In this document: positions 41,200 through 55,299 of the stretch, in pieces
Position numbering within the stretch: the stretch's first letter is position 1
How the letters are laid out: each line of letters starts with the position of its first letter
Source: Phoronis australis
Lineage: Eukaryota; Animalia; Phoronida
Assembly: GCA_002633005.1 (NCBI GenBank)
Contig: NMRA01000041.1
Coordinates: 1,183,294 to 1,247,293, forward strand
Length of the DNA: 64,000 nucleotides
Direction of reading: 5' to 3'
Notes under the pieces: generated by a model
What the model saw: only the letters and a program-made list of their open reading frames with translations
What the model was told of the DNA's origin: nothing
Database searches by the model: none
Made by a program: the position numbers and the translations under genes

Positions 41200-42050
41200 T
41201 TTTCATTATCATCCGAACGCGCTTCTCCACTGCAATGCCATCCACTTGGGCTTTCGTGGTTGCCTGTTCAATGAAATGTTGAAGAATATTGTCACGTTCC
41301 TGTTGGAGAACATTTTTAACAACTTTGTCAACTGCTAACCCTTTACTTTGTATCTACTCTTGGGCATCATTGACTTCGCGAAGTACAAGTAACATAAGAC
41401 GGTGACGTCACTGATGGCTACATGTATGCCTCGGAACCTTTTGTGTCACCTGAATCACACAGGATTTCTAGGGCTTCGAGAATCTCATCCTACAGCAATT
41501 GTCCATGGCCACTTAGACGGTAAACCCGGAGCGCTTCACTTTGTAGTAGCAACTCTTTTTAAACAGTTGCTCCTTTGTATTGTTTAAGAATTTCCCACCG
41601 GTGAATGAGGAAAAAAAAAGAATAAAGTCTCTCAAGTTTCCGAAGAACGTCACACAAAATGCATTTTAAGTAAATGAGCGTTGTCCACATAACTTTAATG
41701 AGTCCATTGTTTTAATAGAGCCCTGGTGCTCCCCCGTGTAACCCTGCCCAATAGTTGTGGCATTGCCATAGCCCCGAAGTGTGATGCAATAAAATGCTTC
41801 TGTTGCACTCTGTCATCACAACGGCCTATTTTCGTCTGATAGCAAAGAACCCCACGAATACTTCCTTTACTTCTACATTGCACCCGTCAATTTTCAAGTA
41901 TCTAATTTGTTTCAACATTTGGTCTACATGGGATTCGTGAGGTGTGCTGTCAAACATCATTCCGTAGTATTTGGCCGAGTTAATTTCGTTCATTATTTTT
42001 CCCTGAGATGATCCACGGTTTTTGTGGAATGCAGTACAATACAACACTGA
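41200..42050 (-). pseudogene. Decayed hAT-superfamily (ZMYM1-like) transposase
   Basis: Colinear motifs across frames: AKYYGMMFDSTPHESHVDQM..IRY..EVKEVFVGF (first catalytic Asp region), LRG-YGNA (cf. RGQGYDNA), VTFFGNLERLYSFF..HRWEIL, KRVATTK*SA (cf. LSxTRWS), VLREVNDAQE*IQSK. Multiple frameshifts and stops. Confidence 0.85.
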
Positions 42051-45000
42051 CTAAAACGTGCGCCATTGCACCTGGGAATTCACCAACAATATAGGCCTCT
42101 TGCTGTAAGCCTACCTTCCGTCTCAGGTGTTTTTATTAAGACAACTTGCACCTTAGTCTCAGCTCGTTCCTTACTTATGTCTCGTGCTTTGGAAAGAACA
42201 TACAGTTCGTTAGTGTTTTCTATTGACATGAGTCTCAACTTTCAAACTTGTCAAGGCGGGTTAGCCTGATTACCTGTTCTATGCGCCGGTGGTGTCGACC
42301 AACAGCGAATTGATCGTTGTTTCACAGGCTAGAAACCAATTCTCATCCGAGTAAGGGAACAGTTGGAGTCATTTTTATAGCGGAAAGTTGTCTGAATAAA
42401 AATGTGTTTGATTGACAGCCTGAAGATTGATTTATAGCAGATTTTTTATTTACAGAGAAACAAGTACTATGTTTGTTACGCATTTCCCGTTGTATGAAAT
42501 TGTTTTTCGGAGTCATGTGCTAATTGTAGTAAATGTCACAACACACGTTTGTGGAATAAAGATGGTAACCATGGCTACACGTTTTGTGCGGGTTATCCAG
42601 AATTCAAATCTGAGCGCGTTTTCCGACAATGGGCAATTATTGTGACAGTGTAAATTTGGCAATACACGACCGTTGTTCTGGCGTGGGAAAAAAGTATTGG
42701 AGCTATTGCCGATGTCCCCCTGTACGCGGTTAGGATAGATACGAGGAGCACTCCGCTATTTTTACAGGCAGAAATCGGGACACTAACTCTGAAAGCAATC
42801 CGTTTCCTTTGGAGGAATTTTCCCTACAACCTAGATCTTTTTAAGGTATGTGTTATAAACCCTCTATAACGCAAAACGATACTACAGTAGACTTCCTGCT
42901 CCGTCAAACCAGCAATTTCGTAGAAAATGTTACAGTGATTTATCCCGCGAATCTGTGTGAATTGTCCGATGTGCACCCATGTACTCCATTTTTGAAATAT
43001 CCCTCGGGTTATTGCCTTAAAAGCTCAAGGTAAGAACACGTCGTTGAACAATGAAAGTCCCAATACGCATTTGCACAATATTATAGTAAATTCGACACAA
43101 AATGCAATTTGTATGTTGTATTTTGCTGCCCATGACGGGACCAAGGAAGTGAACCAAACTGTTTCAACAGTCTTTAACAAAACTTTACGTGTTTTGCGCA
43201 AAATAGTGTAGAAGCTTCAAAATGTCTTCTTGGTTAAACAAACTAGCTTTCAATCATTCATGTACCAATGCGGTAGTCGTTTGAGAAAAGCCTGTGCCTG
43301 GAGTCTATGGGCCAATTTGGGGACTCATGGGCCTTCTATTTTCGTAGTTGCCTAGACTCCAATTTTGGGGCGGCATTTTAACTTGGATGATTTCATTTGC
43401 TACGTCAGAACCTTGCGCTGTGATTTGTGACAGATGAACAGTTTACTGCATTTCAATTTAACCAAAGACTGATATAAAACCACAATTGGTACCTGAAAAA
43501 AGTTTTGATCAGCTGCTTGCAGTGCATTGTCGTTGTGTTAGAATCTTACCGTAATTTCTGTTCAAGACACAATACATTGCGATTGCGACGCAATTTTCAT
43601 GCTCCCGTTAGCCGGAACTAGGCAGTCACAGTTCGTCATTTACAATATTTCTGCGCCAATGACGCGGGGCGCGCTCCTAAACTGATCATCCCTGGGAACG
43701 TACGAGGCATCAGCGATAAACAAATCCAGCTCTAACAAACACACGAGAAGATGACCACCGGAACAACCACGTAGGCTAGCGATTCCAGCGGTGAAATGTG
43801 CAAAATTCTGCATTGATAGTCATCCGAACTTGAAGAACAGGAACATTTAGTTGCGTTACTCGGTTTCAGACAGTGGCATCGATGTCGTTTCGTTGACTTC
43901 GTTCCGGGAGAACAAATTTGTCGCTCTGAGACTGGATGATTTGCCGTTTCCGTTGTAGGCCTATATGACTTCACCAGCAAATTGGCAGATTCCCTATTTA
44001 GACTCAGGTGGAGAAATTCACCAAATTTCAAGTGCGATCGTGTTTGCAATCAAGAGTTTGGTAGAGTTTGCTCGTTTTCTCAGTCGTCCGGTCAGATGAA
44101 ATATCTATTTTGAAGAGTAAACCATAGTGCTGAAATCTCACGCGTGTGTGTACGAAGTTGTTCAAAGCAACCAGAGGGTTTGCGGTTCACATAGTCGTAT
44201 TCAAGTAACAAAACTCCGTTGTTAGTAATACGATAACAATGAGAGTAGACCTAGCTTTACTATTGTTTACAGAATAAGCAATGACGTGTGATCCACGATA
44301 TAAAAATACAACTAAAAAAGGCACTCACCGAGTCGTAGCAAAATTTGAACTATTTCGGGGGAAAACTGGCGTTGGCCTACAATAACCGTCAGATCCCGTA
44401 AAACAGCGTGATATATTTTCCAATTTTGTGTCAAGATTTAAGTGGAAACGTTATAAGTTTGAAGTGTGCAGTGTAATTGGCGATACGACTGAAATGCAAA
44501 CACATGCATCTCTCCAGGTCGGTCACGTGGGACAGATATTAATGTACCTATTTCAATGTAATAATGACGTCATAGGTGGGGAATGTTCCAATGCCTTCAC
44601 AGTCGTTTTCCGCTGATTCATTCCATGTTCGGCTCATGTGAAAGTGTTCAAAATGCGTACAATATGTCTATATTGGAACCGCGCTTATAAAAGCAGAAAC
44701 ATTCATCAATATAAAAGAACGAACGTGGTGACCATAAAATACAAACGACCCACTGTTCGACCTTATGACCTAAACGCGTGGTCTGTCGGCCACTTTCAAA
44801 ATACCAACATAATGCCGAATGTGTAAAACGGTCTAGATATAAAGGGCTATTACTTCGCAAATATTTATATTAATTTCCTATCACTGTTGACCACAAACTT
44901 AAAAGGACTAAAACTATGTATTGTGTGTAATCAAAGAAGTTTGACCTTGCATAAAGAAACTAAAATGTCATGTGTCGACAACGAAGGGGTTCTAGCCTCC

Positions 45001-47348
45001 AGAATGTTTCAGAACAGACTGTTCGTGACAGAGACAGATTTTGAGCAGTGCAATATGACTATTAATCCTTAACAGTGTTAGACCCCCAGTGCACTAAACT
45101 CCTCATAGGTATTCATTTACCACTGTGACAGAAGGAAATTTTGAACCCACTCGGGCATTGGGTACATTTTGTAGCCTCTAATTTCACCCCTCGGAAGTGT
45201 TTCACTCTGCCCATGCGCGATTTTCCGGCAGTCATACAATAAGTAACGAGACTGTCACTGAAAATGGAGATATATTGGATGAGTGCATGAAATTTCACGT
45301 GCCCAGAGAGGAAACAACCCAGAGTATACCTCCGAGCAGTCACCAGATAGCGATATAGGCACGACCTGAAGAGGGTTTACCAAAAAACTGAAAAACAATA
45401 TGTGGAAACCGACCGAAAACATTTTTCCAGTCCCAATCATCAAACTAGTTCGGCAAATGATCATTTTAATCGAGATTGAAAGCTTTTGAAAGTCGGTAGT
45501 GTATGTGGGAATGATGCAACGAAGAGTATTAAAATAATTTACTACGAGGACGGGCGTCAAGTGGAATTTTGGTTTTGAGACAAATCAGCCGAAAGCAAAA
45601 TAGTCAACTTCAGATACCTGATAATGATTACATACTGAAGTTCTTACGCAAACTCATCAGGAGTATCTTTCTACATTTTAAATTCCGTTTTACGTTTGCG
45701 CTCACAGAAAATCCCGAAGGCGAATGACGAATCGCTGTGGCAGTTACCGGGGAAACCCAGCCCCAGGAAAAAATCCGAAAATCTCGGTTGTTGGATAAAG
45801 TTACGAGCAAGGGGAGTAGCCAAAATGAAGCACAATTATCAAACGCATAAAGAGTCATTGGCATTGCTTTTGATGCCCGACACTTGCAAGACAATGTAGT
45901 CATGCTTTTTTTCGAATGAAAACTCACACGCGTTATTACGTAAAGATACCTCTGGTCATTAGTAAGCACTAGAATAGTATTAACCTCCGAGGGAATAATT
46001 TAAAGCTACGAAAATATCCGGTCGGTCGGTTTCGGATCATTTGAACCGAGCGCAGCATTAGAGCGATTGATTTTCTCAAAAAAACTTAAAAGACACCCAT
46101 TTGGCATGTAATCAACAATTCTCGGCCACCACTGCCTAGGATGGGTTGGACTGACAATTAAATACTATTCATGTACCGTCATGCGTAATAAGAGCTCAGT
46201 TGGCTACAAAATTTATTCCTAATAAAAATTGGACGCATCATGGAATACTCAAAACGATGTTTTGTAGACACACACATATACATCAGTAATCACGCACCGA
46301 CGAGCTCTTTGGCTAAACAAAATAAAAAAGAACAAAAAAATTCATTAATGAAAAATTCCTTCATTTACAAAAGGTTTGACATTGCTTTCGTGGTCTTTTT
46401 ATATTTCAATTTTATTGATATAACCTATATAGCACGTAATGGTACTATCCAAAGCTTTTTGCCTCAGTTTTTAATTAGTTTTGTTTTTCTCATGCTTCGA
46501 GCTCAAAGCCATAGATGATTATCACGAGTAAAGTACTGTGTTAATGTCCCGATTGTCGGATGCGACATCGTATGCGATAATCAGACGTGCTCTATTTCAA
46601 ACGACAAATTGGATACGAATCTTTAGCTCTACATATTCCGATTGGTTGTACATGTCAACCATTTACGAAGTAAAAGAAAACGCAAGTGCCAAGACAGTCA
46701 AAATCCCTACAAAAAATGGCCTGGACGTTTCGATCGCAGCTCCTTAAGTGAACACGCCCGTGGACAAGTATTACTTACACGCTCAATTTGCGCAAACACA
46801 CACAGATTTACGTCAAAGAAACTCCAGAAAGCCTCGAGAGCGTAAAAGTCAATAAAACTTAATTGGGCATGAAAATACTGTAACGGTTTTTCGACTGAGC
46901 CGGCAGGAATAGAAAACGACTCGTGTACTAACCAAAGTATGTATAAATTTTGGCCCTTGGTTGAAGTACGTCGCTGCGATTTGGTTTGTCTAGTAAAGTA
47001 CACGGCTCGTTAAACATTGAATTGGATATCAACAGACGCATATTAATCGGCTCACTTGATTCGCTAACATTTTCCATATGAAAATGCCAAAACTGCTTTA
47101 CATAACGAGTCGCTAGACACGATCCACAAAACTGCGTTCTTTCTTCTATTCAAAGCAAACATTACGGTTACCGCGACAAATTCCGCGCACAAACATTGTA
47201 CATGCGTGTGCAGGAAGGTTGTTTCCCCGAGTTTGTGCAAGACACTTCACGCCGTGTTGCAGTTTACAAAACTATTTTATGGTTGTCCAGGACATTACCG
47301 ACAAGTCGCTAAATCTGTACAAAACAAGAAATTTCAACTCCATAAAAA

Positions 47349-47775
47349 GTGTATTTTCTGAAAGTAAAAAGCCTGTACGCTGTTAGTTACCTATCTCCTA
47401 ATAATTGGGTCACGTAGATAAGTCGTTTCAGCAAAATTCAGCCAAAAAGGAAAAGTACATTGAGAGCTCAACAACGGTATTAATAACAAGGCCAAATTTC
47501 CTTTCATACAGATGTTCAAGACACAGTATAAACTATCAAAGAAGCAATTCCACTTTTTTAAATTATCATTTCGTTTTAGACTGACTCAGCGTTTCAATTT
47601 TATCGTCTATATGAAAAAAGTGGTACGTTTTCAAAACAGATACTAAAGACGTTCTGGAGAACATTACGGAAGTTAAGGTAACTGAACGTTTCATTTGAGT
47701 CCCATCAGCTATTTAGGAGATATGATGTTCAGAAGTTAGTCAAATTTAGACATTTTCTAGGGTCCTACACAATCT
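47349..47775 (+). mobile_element. Old dispersed repeat (family B), copy 2
   Basis: GTGTATTTTCTGAAAGTA...AATTGGGTCACGT...ACATTTTCTAGGGTCCTAC. Confidence 0.6.
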
Positions 47776-49020
47776 TAGTGGCAACTAGTATAAAGTCTCT
47801 TGAAAGAAATGCAGCAACTGCTGAGATCTGAAAACCACTTACAGTGATTGCCTTAAAGTAACCAAAGTTTATTTTTTAGAGTCCAATTTCCTTGATTTGT
47901 AATCCCTCCCAACAAACTAGATGATTAGCTAGCACTGACAAAGGAACCACGCACCAAAGATTAAAACCATGAGAGCCGCGATTATTTCTTAACTCGAGGG
48001 CCCTCGAATTCTTTTGTTCCTTAGCCGGAAAGTGATTTGATCATAATCTAATTTCTTGTTTGATATGTTCCGGAGGTGCTCTCTAGGGTAGCAATTTCAG
48101 GGTTATGCTTTTCCAAAAGGAATAAAAAACGCTCTGGAAACCAATCAAATGCCGCCAGACTACAGTCTTTGCAGAAGTTCCACCGACTACAGGCACAGAA
48201 CAACTTTGCTGCAACTGATTTCAAAATGCCTAATTGTCACTAATTCTGTGAACATCTGAACACTACGTACTTGTTTCTTTTGACAAACATGTTTTAGGCG
48301 CCTAGTCGTGTCATGTGGCACACAGTCACGTTCTCAACCGCGAAAGTAAACCATACCTCAGTAAACGACAGCACCGCTATGAAACGTTTATATTTTGGCG
48401 CAATATCCATTTTCGGCAACAAAAACCTTCTAGTCAGTACACTGGCCATATTTCCAAGTACTCGGTAAGACGATATTTGCTGGAGGTGGACGACCACAAG
48501 AAACTTTCGTCGTCAAAACATTTACGACTTAACATTTTTTAAATTTCCATCAGCAAACACCCACCGAATTACCCATTGGTTATTTCTACGTGTTTTTAAA
48601 GGTATAAATAGACGGCCTGACCCCTGGACATAAATGTACATGAAACGTACAGGTACAGTACATTACATTCAATCAGTGTATCTTATGCAGATTCTGCAAA
48701 AAAGTTTTGAACAACAAGTTTCAAATGTCTCTCCATGTCATGCTCCTATCACGGACAAGAACGGATTCGATTCACCTATGAAGCGAAAATGAAATGTGAG
48801 ACGCCTCTGGTCTAAAAATGTGAATGACAGTCTTTCAGCGAGCGTGACTTCAAATAGGAATGAGGCAGGCGTTCCGTTAATACTCCATTACTGTGGTGTA
48901 GAAATATTGCCTAGTACATTTATATGTTAGGGTAGGACCCCTCTGATCGAGTTCTGAATCCACTACTTTGTTACAGCAAATATGTTTACGGATATGCTGT
49001 TTTCAATTACTGTTATCTAG

Positions 49021-49425
49021 TACCCTAGAAAAACTCCCAAATTTGTCAATCTTCGGAACGACATATTTCAGAAATGACTGACCGGATTAATATGAAACTT
49101 TCAGACACCACCCTTTATACGTGTGCACTGTTCTCTGACACGCTGTTTTTGCATGAGGAGCTCACAAAATAGGATTGAAACAAATCAAAATTTGCAAACA
49201 ACAGAGAAAACTGGTGACTTTAAAATGTAGCATTTTTGAGATTTAATCCTGAATAATTGTCAAACGAATTTTTGCCATGTTCTTGATATCGTTGTTTTCC
49301 TGTGACTGTGCCCTACTTTTTACTAAGAATTACTAAAAAGCCACGTGACTCAATAAATTGCTAATTAATATCAAGCTAAAAACAAATTCTACAGGCAGAT
49401 TTTCTGCTTTCAGAAAATATAGACA
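49021..49425 (-). mobile_element. Old dispersed repeat (family B), copy 3, inverted
   Basis: ACCCTAGAAAA...GAAACTTTCAGACAC...CACGTGACTCAA...CTTTCAGAAAATATA is the reverse complement of the family B anchors. Confidence 0.6.
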
Positions 49426-52400
49426 GTACTGTAAATGCCGCTGTTGTGTAGATATGCACGGTCCTGTCAACAAGGTCCTGCATAACGGCAATGTATTCAC
49501 ACCCACAGCAATACACTAGTCCAACAGGGGATTTTCTCGCGACTTACATGTATCCGTGAAAATCACTTACCATATTCTGTGGATCTTTATAAATTCTGAA
49601 CACTGCCAAGACATGTGCACTTCAACCCCTGATAACTTCCGCTGATTTTTCATTTGCTACAATGTTCCTCGTTTCATACACTTAGTTTGAGACTCTAGAT
49701 TCATCCAAGCACACCAACCTCGTCCAAACACATCATTTATGTACGAAAGATGGGTTTATTCACTAAATAGATACGCATACCACCGTACAAGAACCGTGAC
49801 TTATTCTCGGCACCGTCGGCGACTTCAAAGAAAGAGCAACTATAACACTCCGTATAACAGTACTTTAGTTAGCAGATTTTTAAGCACAGTTAGTTTAATC
49901 TTTTTTTAAAGTAGTCTAGTCGATCTCGGCTTACCTGGTTCGTACTAGCTAATGACAAAGCTACAGTGTGTGCCGAAACACATGGGCGAGGCCACAATGA
50001 CACGAAGACGCTCGAGAGCCTGATATTGGGGCAAATTGCTTCAACTTCGGCTTTCTTTCACCAAATCCGACTAAAGCTGTAGACGTGTTAAAATTCCATG
50101 CGTATCGGACATGAAATGAACTGTCGCGAACGACGACGATGACGCCGGTGTCGGAAAGAACTTCCAGCGCACGTCAATTCAAGAGCTTGTAGCAGGACAG
50201 GCTTGCAGCTTCATTTTCCGAAAAGGAAAAATTAGAATGCATTTGCGGATAGCTGTATCACAGTTTCCAACAGAGAAAAAACAAACAGATACCGCACAGG
50301 CCATCCATACGCGTGTTAAAACTACACATGTTGTCCATCTTGAATCACCAGACAGCTTATTTCCCTTCATATTATGTGGTTTGAGACACAAGGCTCATTT
50401 ATGACAAATGTTTAGTTTTAGCCGCCAGCACAAGGATACTACTTGGAACCTTACATTCCACACACTTAGCATACTCTTGTTTTCGTAATCAACCGCACGT
50501 GGCTACGAAGTTAGCAGGAGTCTTATTACGGGATGTTCAGTGATGTCACAGGAATGGACCGTTCTGTATGAGGTATTTGCTACCATTTCCGGGACAATTT
50601 TGTATTAAACTGTTGGTATATTTTACAAAAAAATACATCATGACCTTTGGCTTTTTCTTTCACAAAATATATGTATCCAAGCACTGTTTTTTGAGTGAAC
50701 GCCAACCGGCAATGTCGACGGAATGACTATGTATCCAAAGTTTTGAGAGGCGCATCTTTGCGACATTTTGCGTACAAGTGCTTCAGTAGTATAACGCTTC
50801 GACATGTAGCCATTAAGTTTAAATTAAAAAGCGTGTACACGCCATTACACACTTGTGTGGATTTTGGATCATGTATGTGCTTCCAATAGTAGCAATACTT
50901 TCTCTGAAGTGAACAGTCGCTACAATTCTCATCCTTAATGGCGACCGTTATAATACGTTTTTGTGCGATTCCAAATTTAGCATTTTTATGTAGCGGCGAT
51001 TGATAACCCCATTACTCGGAAAACATTTCGGAGCCTAATAGCTCAATTTTAAGAGTCCTGCGTAATTGAATGGGTTACGAATTCCTCACAGTGTTGCAAA
51101 AACGGCAATTTCACAGATGGCGCTAAGTAATTCCCACGGCCAGTTAAAAATATTCATTTATTCCTAACACAATAGTGGTCACCGATTCCAGCTGTTACTC
51201 GGCTACCAACCCCATATCACCAGAACTCGGGAACACAACTATTCAATTTTGCATTGTTTTGCCACCAGAAACAGTTGAAAGGGTCGCGATGTAAGTCTCG
51301 TTCTCTGGTCGGGCATTACTGGTAAATACTGGAAAGAGTTTCTTGGGCACCCATTGACTATAAATTAAATTATCACTCGCTTTAACATTTGTTTTTATTT
51401 GATATTTGGTTCTCATTTCATATTAAGACGTTGTGTTTGACCTCAACAATTTCACACACGGCATATTCGGGTTTACATGGGCTCGGGTTCTACGTTTTAA
51501 TCGAAATCGAAACTTTCCGTTCAACTTTAATACGATCCAAGACCGGTTATTATCTATTATTCTGTGCTCGAACATATAGTGCGGATTAGCCAAGTGAGTG
51601 TCTAGTCTAACTGAATTCGCACCTGATGATCCCTAGATTATAGCGGCAAGATGCGGGGAATAAAGACTCGAGATTTTAAGTTCATACTTCACTACTGGGG
51701 TCATCAAGTACACCGACATCCACGTAATCCATAATATACTTGAACAAAAAATAATCGACGCTTATCTTAAAAAGGCTTAAAATAATATCGACGGTCGAGT
51801 TCGGCAGACCCTGAAACGCTTCAAGTTTCCGAAGCCATGGGGATTTTTTATTAACCAGGTAAGTACCGGTCAGGTAGCGCGTATTAATGTCACATACTTG
51901 CCAATGATTGAGTCAACTTTCTCCGTCTTAGGAGTGATGACAGTGATCGTGCTCGCCAGACCCTGTGTGATAGCCGTGTACATGCGCATCTCATTAGCCG
52001 ATGTGGGGGTTGAAAATTAAGTCTTTAGGTGTGATGAGATGTAACCATGGGAACAAAACAACAAATTTTCTGTGAGATTAAACCACACACGTGGATTGCA
52101 TAGTAGGGTTGCTGCAAATATATGCAATCAGAAAAAAACGCTGTGCCGGTAATCCTCATAATTTTGTTCGTTACAAACACTACATACGTTGCTATCATCA
52201 ATGGTGATAAAGCACGCTTACCTGTGCCCCCGGCAGACTAAAAGATTCACATCTACGCCATTCACTTTCTGTAGCGTTCGATTCAATCCAAAATGGTTAC
52301 GTTTGAATCGGTACTGAATCAAGGTGACGTGAAGTTCCCGTGCGCAGTTCCTTACCCAATTACATTGCATTCACGCTGTCTATATTCTTTGTATCGCCCT

Positions 52401-53820
52401 ATAAGACCCATTTCATCCTCTATTGACGAATTTCTATACTACCGATTGACCAGTAGACAAATAGCGTATTTATGTTAGCTTTAAACCGCTGGATAGAAAA
52501 CAAGCGGATTACTTTTATAGAGCCTAATTTTAAAAACACGTTCTATGTTCCCGTACTTGTTTGTGGCGAAATTCCCCTACAGCAAAACAATAGATTTGGA
52601 GAGCCGCAGGTTTATGAAGAAAATATTTTTCTTCTCGTTGGGCAACGATCTTGGTGACTTCTGTGTTGTGAATCGTAACAAGATTGTGGGAAAATGAGTT
52701 GGCGCGAAAGGGACTCTACAGGTATTACAGGATATAGTCTGATATTGAGATAACTGAGTGGAACTTGTGTTCACCTTGGCAAGACCTGAGTGGACAACAT
52801 TTTTTTCGCTCAAAAACTATGACGTTTCTCTAAAAACTACACTCTGTTATAATGGCATGTAGGTATATCCCCAAATGGGAGTACTCGGACACAGCTAGCC
52901 CACCCAGAGGTTTGCTCAATTCGCGACAACAGCCGGATTCGAACACGAGCTCTGATGTTTCAGACTACTGAGTCTTCTTTATTATAAAATTTATTTATTA
53001 TCATCGGTAAAGGTTTTAGCATCTTTTTACTTGGCGATTCAACGGGTGGAAGTATTCAGTTGTAATTGACACATGATTCGAAGATATTTGTAAGTATTCC
53101 CGTTCGTCATGATCTGCACTTTTGACAGGGTTAGTTTTCTTTGTGTGTTCTTTGTTCGTCATGAAAATTAGGACAGGAATGTGTAAGTTGCGCGGAAATT
53201 TGAAGAAAATGACGCTAACTTTCACCTAAATTATTTTTGACATTAATTTCACCGAAGTGGTGGTCAAGTCCGTGTCAAGTTTCCCTTGCCATGATCCAGT
53301 CAAATTGCAAAGGCTTCTTGTTACCCGGCGCAAACCAATTCGTTTTTCATGTTCAGTTGTCGGTCAATATTAAGACAATTAGTATTGCTTTACTTTAAAT
53401 GATATTTATTTTATCAACAGCTGCTTAAAAGTTGTTTGTATAAAGTCTCCGCGCACAAATTACCTCGAGAACTGGTTTATTATTGCCGGCAGTTTGTATG
53501 ATGGTAATTAAATTTTGTGGTTTGCTATTTTTTGCACTGTAAAGGCAAATTAATGCAGGGTAGCTTTCTTTAAAAGCGAATATTGCCGTTTTTCTCAGAC
53601 TTCACTTTTCTGCTATCAAATATTCACTGAATAATTGAACACGATTTGCTTTCTATAGCGAATGTACAACATAGAAAAGTAGTTCTTAACATGTAAATTG
53701 TTTAAATTTAATGAGACTCCGCAGAAAGACATCATGCATAAATGCAGCCGGGAGGTACTCGGATATCGATTTGTGAATAATTAATTCAGTTTCAACATGA
53801 ATTTACTCTGCGCATGTCAG

Positions 53821-53828
53821 TGACGTCA
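53821..53828. promoter_or_regulatory. Perfect CRE (TGACGTCA) ~430 bp upstream of gene B ATG; second copy at 54246-54253
   Basis: Exact palindromic CREB/ATF consensus; function not demonstrated. Confidence 0.35.
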
Positions 53829-54255
53829 ATGCAGGGAATTCTATGTGATTATTGTTGATGCTGAGACAGAACGTTTTGGTGCCGATAGTGTTGGCTCTCA
53901 ACTCTAACTCACATGTGTATACAAGTTCGAGCACTACTGAGTAGTCTCGCGCTATTTTGGCCTCAAGACAAATATTGAAAGGGATTACGAGCTCAGATGA
54001 TTCAGTGAATGCGGGCTTGTGTAAAGCGATAACACGGAGATATCGATTTGCTATTATTTGAACTGTGTACGTTTGTGAGACTGGCGAAAACGTTCATGGC
54101 TGATGTGCAGAGCTCGAGCTGACCGGCTTGAGCAAGTGCGCTTAACCATATGTTGTTTGCTAGTAGGAGTAGAAGCGATACGTTTAACCATCATGTAACG
54201 TCGCAGACATGTTGTAGTGTTTGGAGGATAAAAGAATCTCAGGGGTGACGTCAGC

Positions 54256-54538
54256 ATGCAGAAACAGAACGTGAAGACTCTTTCACTGATCGTGTGTACA
54301 TTCACGTACTTGCTCGTCGGAGCCGCCATATTTGACGCACTGGAGTCAGAAAATGAGGCCGAGGACAAACGGGAGCAAAAGGCGGAGATTGACGCTTTCA
54401 AAGAAAGACACAGTATTCCGGATGACGTCTGGGACAACATGACCATAAAGATTTTATTTTCAAAGCCTTACAAGGCGGGAATACAATGGAAATTTTCAGG
54501 GGCGTTCTACTTTGCACTGACAGTAATCACAACTATCG
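54256..54538 (+). CDS. sup-9: TASK-subfamily two-pore-domain K+ channel (KCNK3/KCNK9/sup-9-like), gene B, coding exon 1
   Basis: MQKQNVKTLSLIVCTFTYLLVGAAIFDALES...FYFALTVITTIG; donor ATCG|GTAAGT after 54538 (phase 1, 283 nt). The ORF track reads through into the intron after TTIG. Confidence 0.96.
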
Positions 54539-54681
54539 GTAAGTTTTCTTTGATCTCATTTCCATTGAATTGGTTCTGTATTTTATTGATGATATGTAGT
54601 TTAGTAACAATTATATATCAGCCTGTTCATCTTGAGGTTGAGCGTGTGCTTTCTGGTCTGTTCCTGAAGAAGTGTTCAAAA

Positions 54682-54860
54682 TGGTAAAAGAGACATCTAT
54701 TGCGCAACTCGTACACTAGATTCCTACTCTTACTCTGCCGCAGTGTATTCTTTGCGTTGAGTACTTGGTTCCTCTTGGCCCCCTCTTGGAGAGAAGAATG
54801 AACCCATACTGGTAAGAGAGACATCTATTGCGGAACTCGAGTACTAGATTCCGACTCTCA
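54682..54860. repeat. ~50-bp direct repeat, offset 128 bp, in gene B intron
   Basis: TGGTAA(A/G)AGAGACATCTATTGCG(C/G)AACTCG....CTAGATTCC(T/G)ACTCT at 54682 and 54810. Confidence 0.85.
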
Positions 54861-55299
54861 GGCCATGACTTGCCGGTAAGTGTCAGATCCCACAATTATC
54901 TGGGGTATGAAACAACTCAGCTGTCAGGTCGCACGCATGAACACAGTACCTCACATGCACGCAACCAGTGTGACAGGGGAGTGGCTAGATTTCCACTTTG
55001 GAATTGGAAAGTCAACAACTCAGGGCTTTAGGGATTGGGGTTTCAACGGGAAACAACAGTGTGTACACCATCCCCTTCTTTCAGACAGCAATAGTCTTAA
55101 GCCCTTGATGAGGCTTCTGCAAATGGACTTGGGAAGACCCGTAGACTGTATTTAAAGTGCTGCAGGAGACACATCCTTGGGAAAACTGGTATACATGTAT
55201 AGTTGCCAATGAGTGCTCATTTATCATGAACTTCGAAAGGAATGACAGATTGAAGAAGAACTTGAGGGACACCATAAGTTAATTGCCCAAGTCAACGTT

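Noticed and set aside
52905-52975. GCCGGATTCGAAC B-box-like fragment
   Set aside because: Too short and degenerate to call a tRNA or SINE without a database search.
54539-54687. C-terminal part of the 143-aa ORF (KFSLISFPLNW...)
   Set aside because: Read-through into the intron past the GTAAGT donor; no channel homology.
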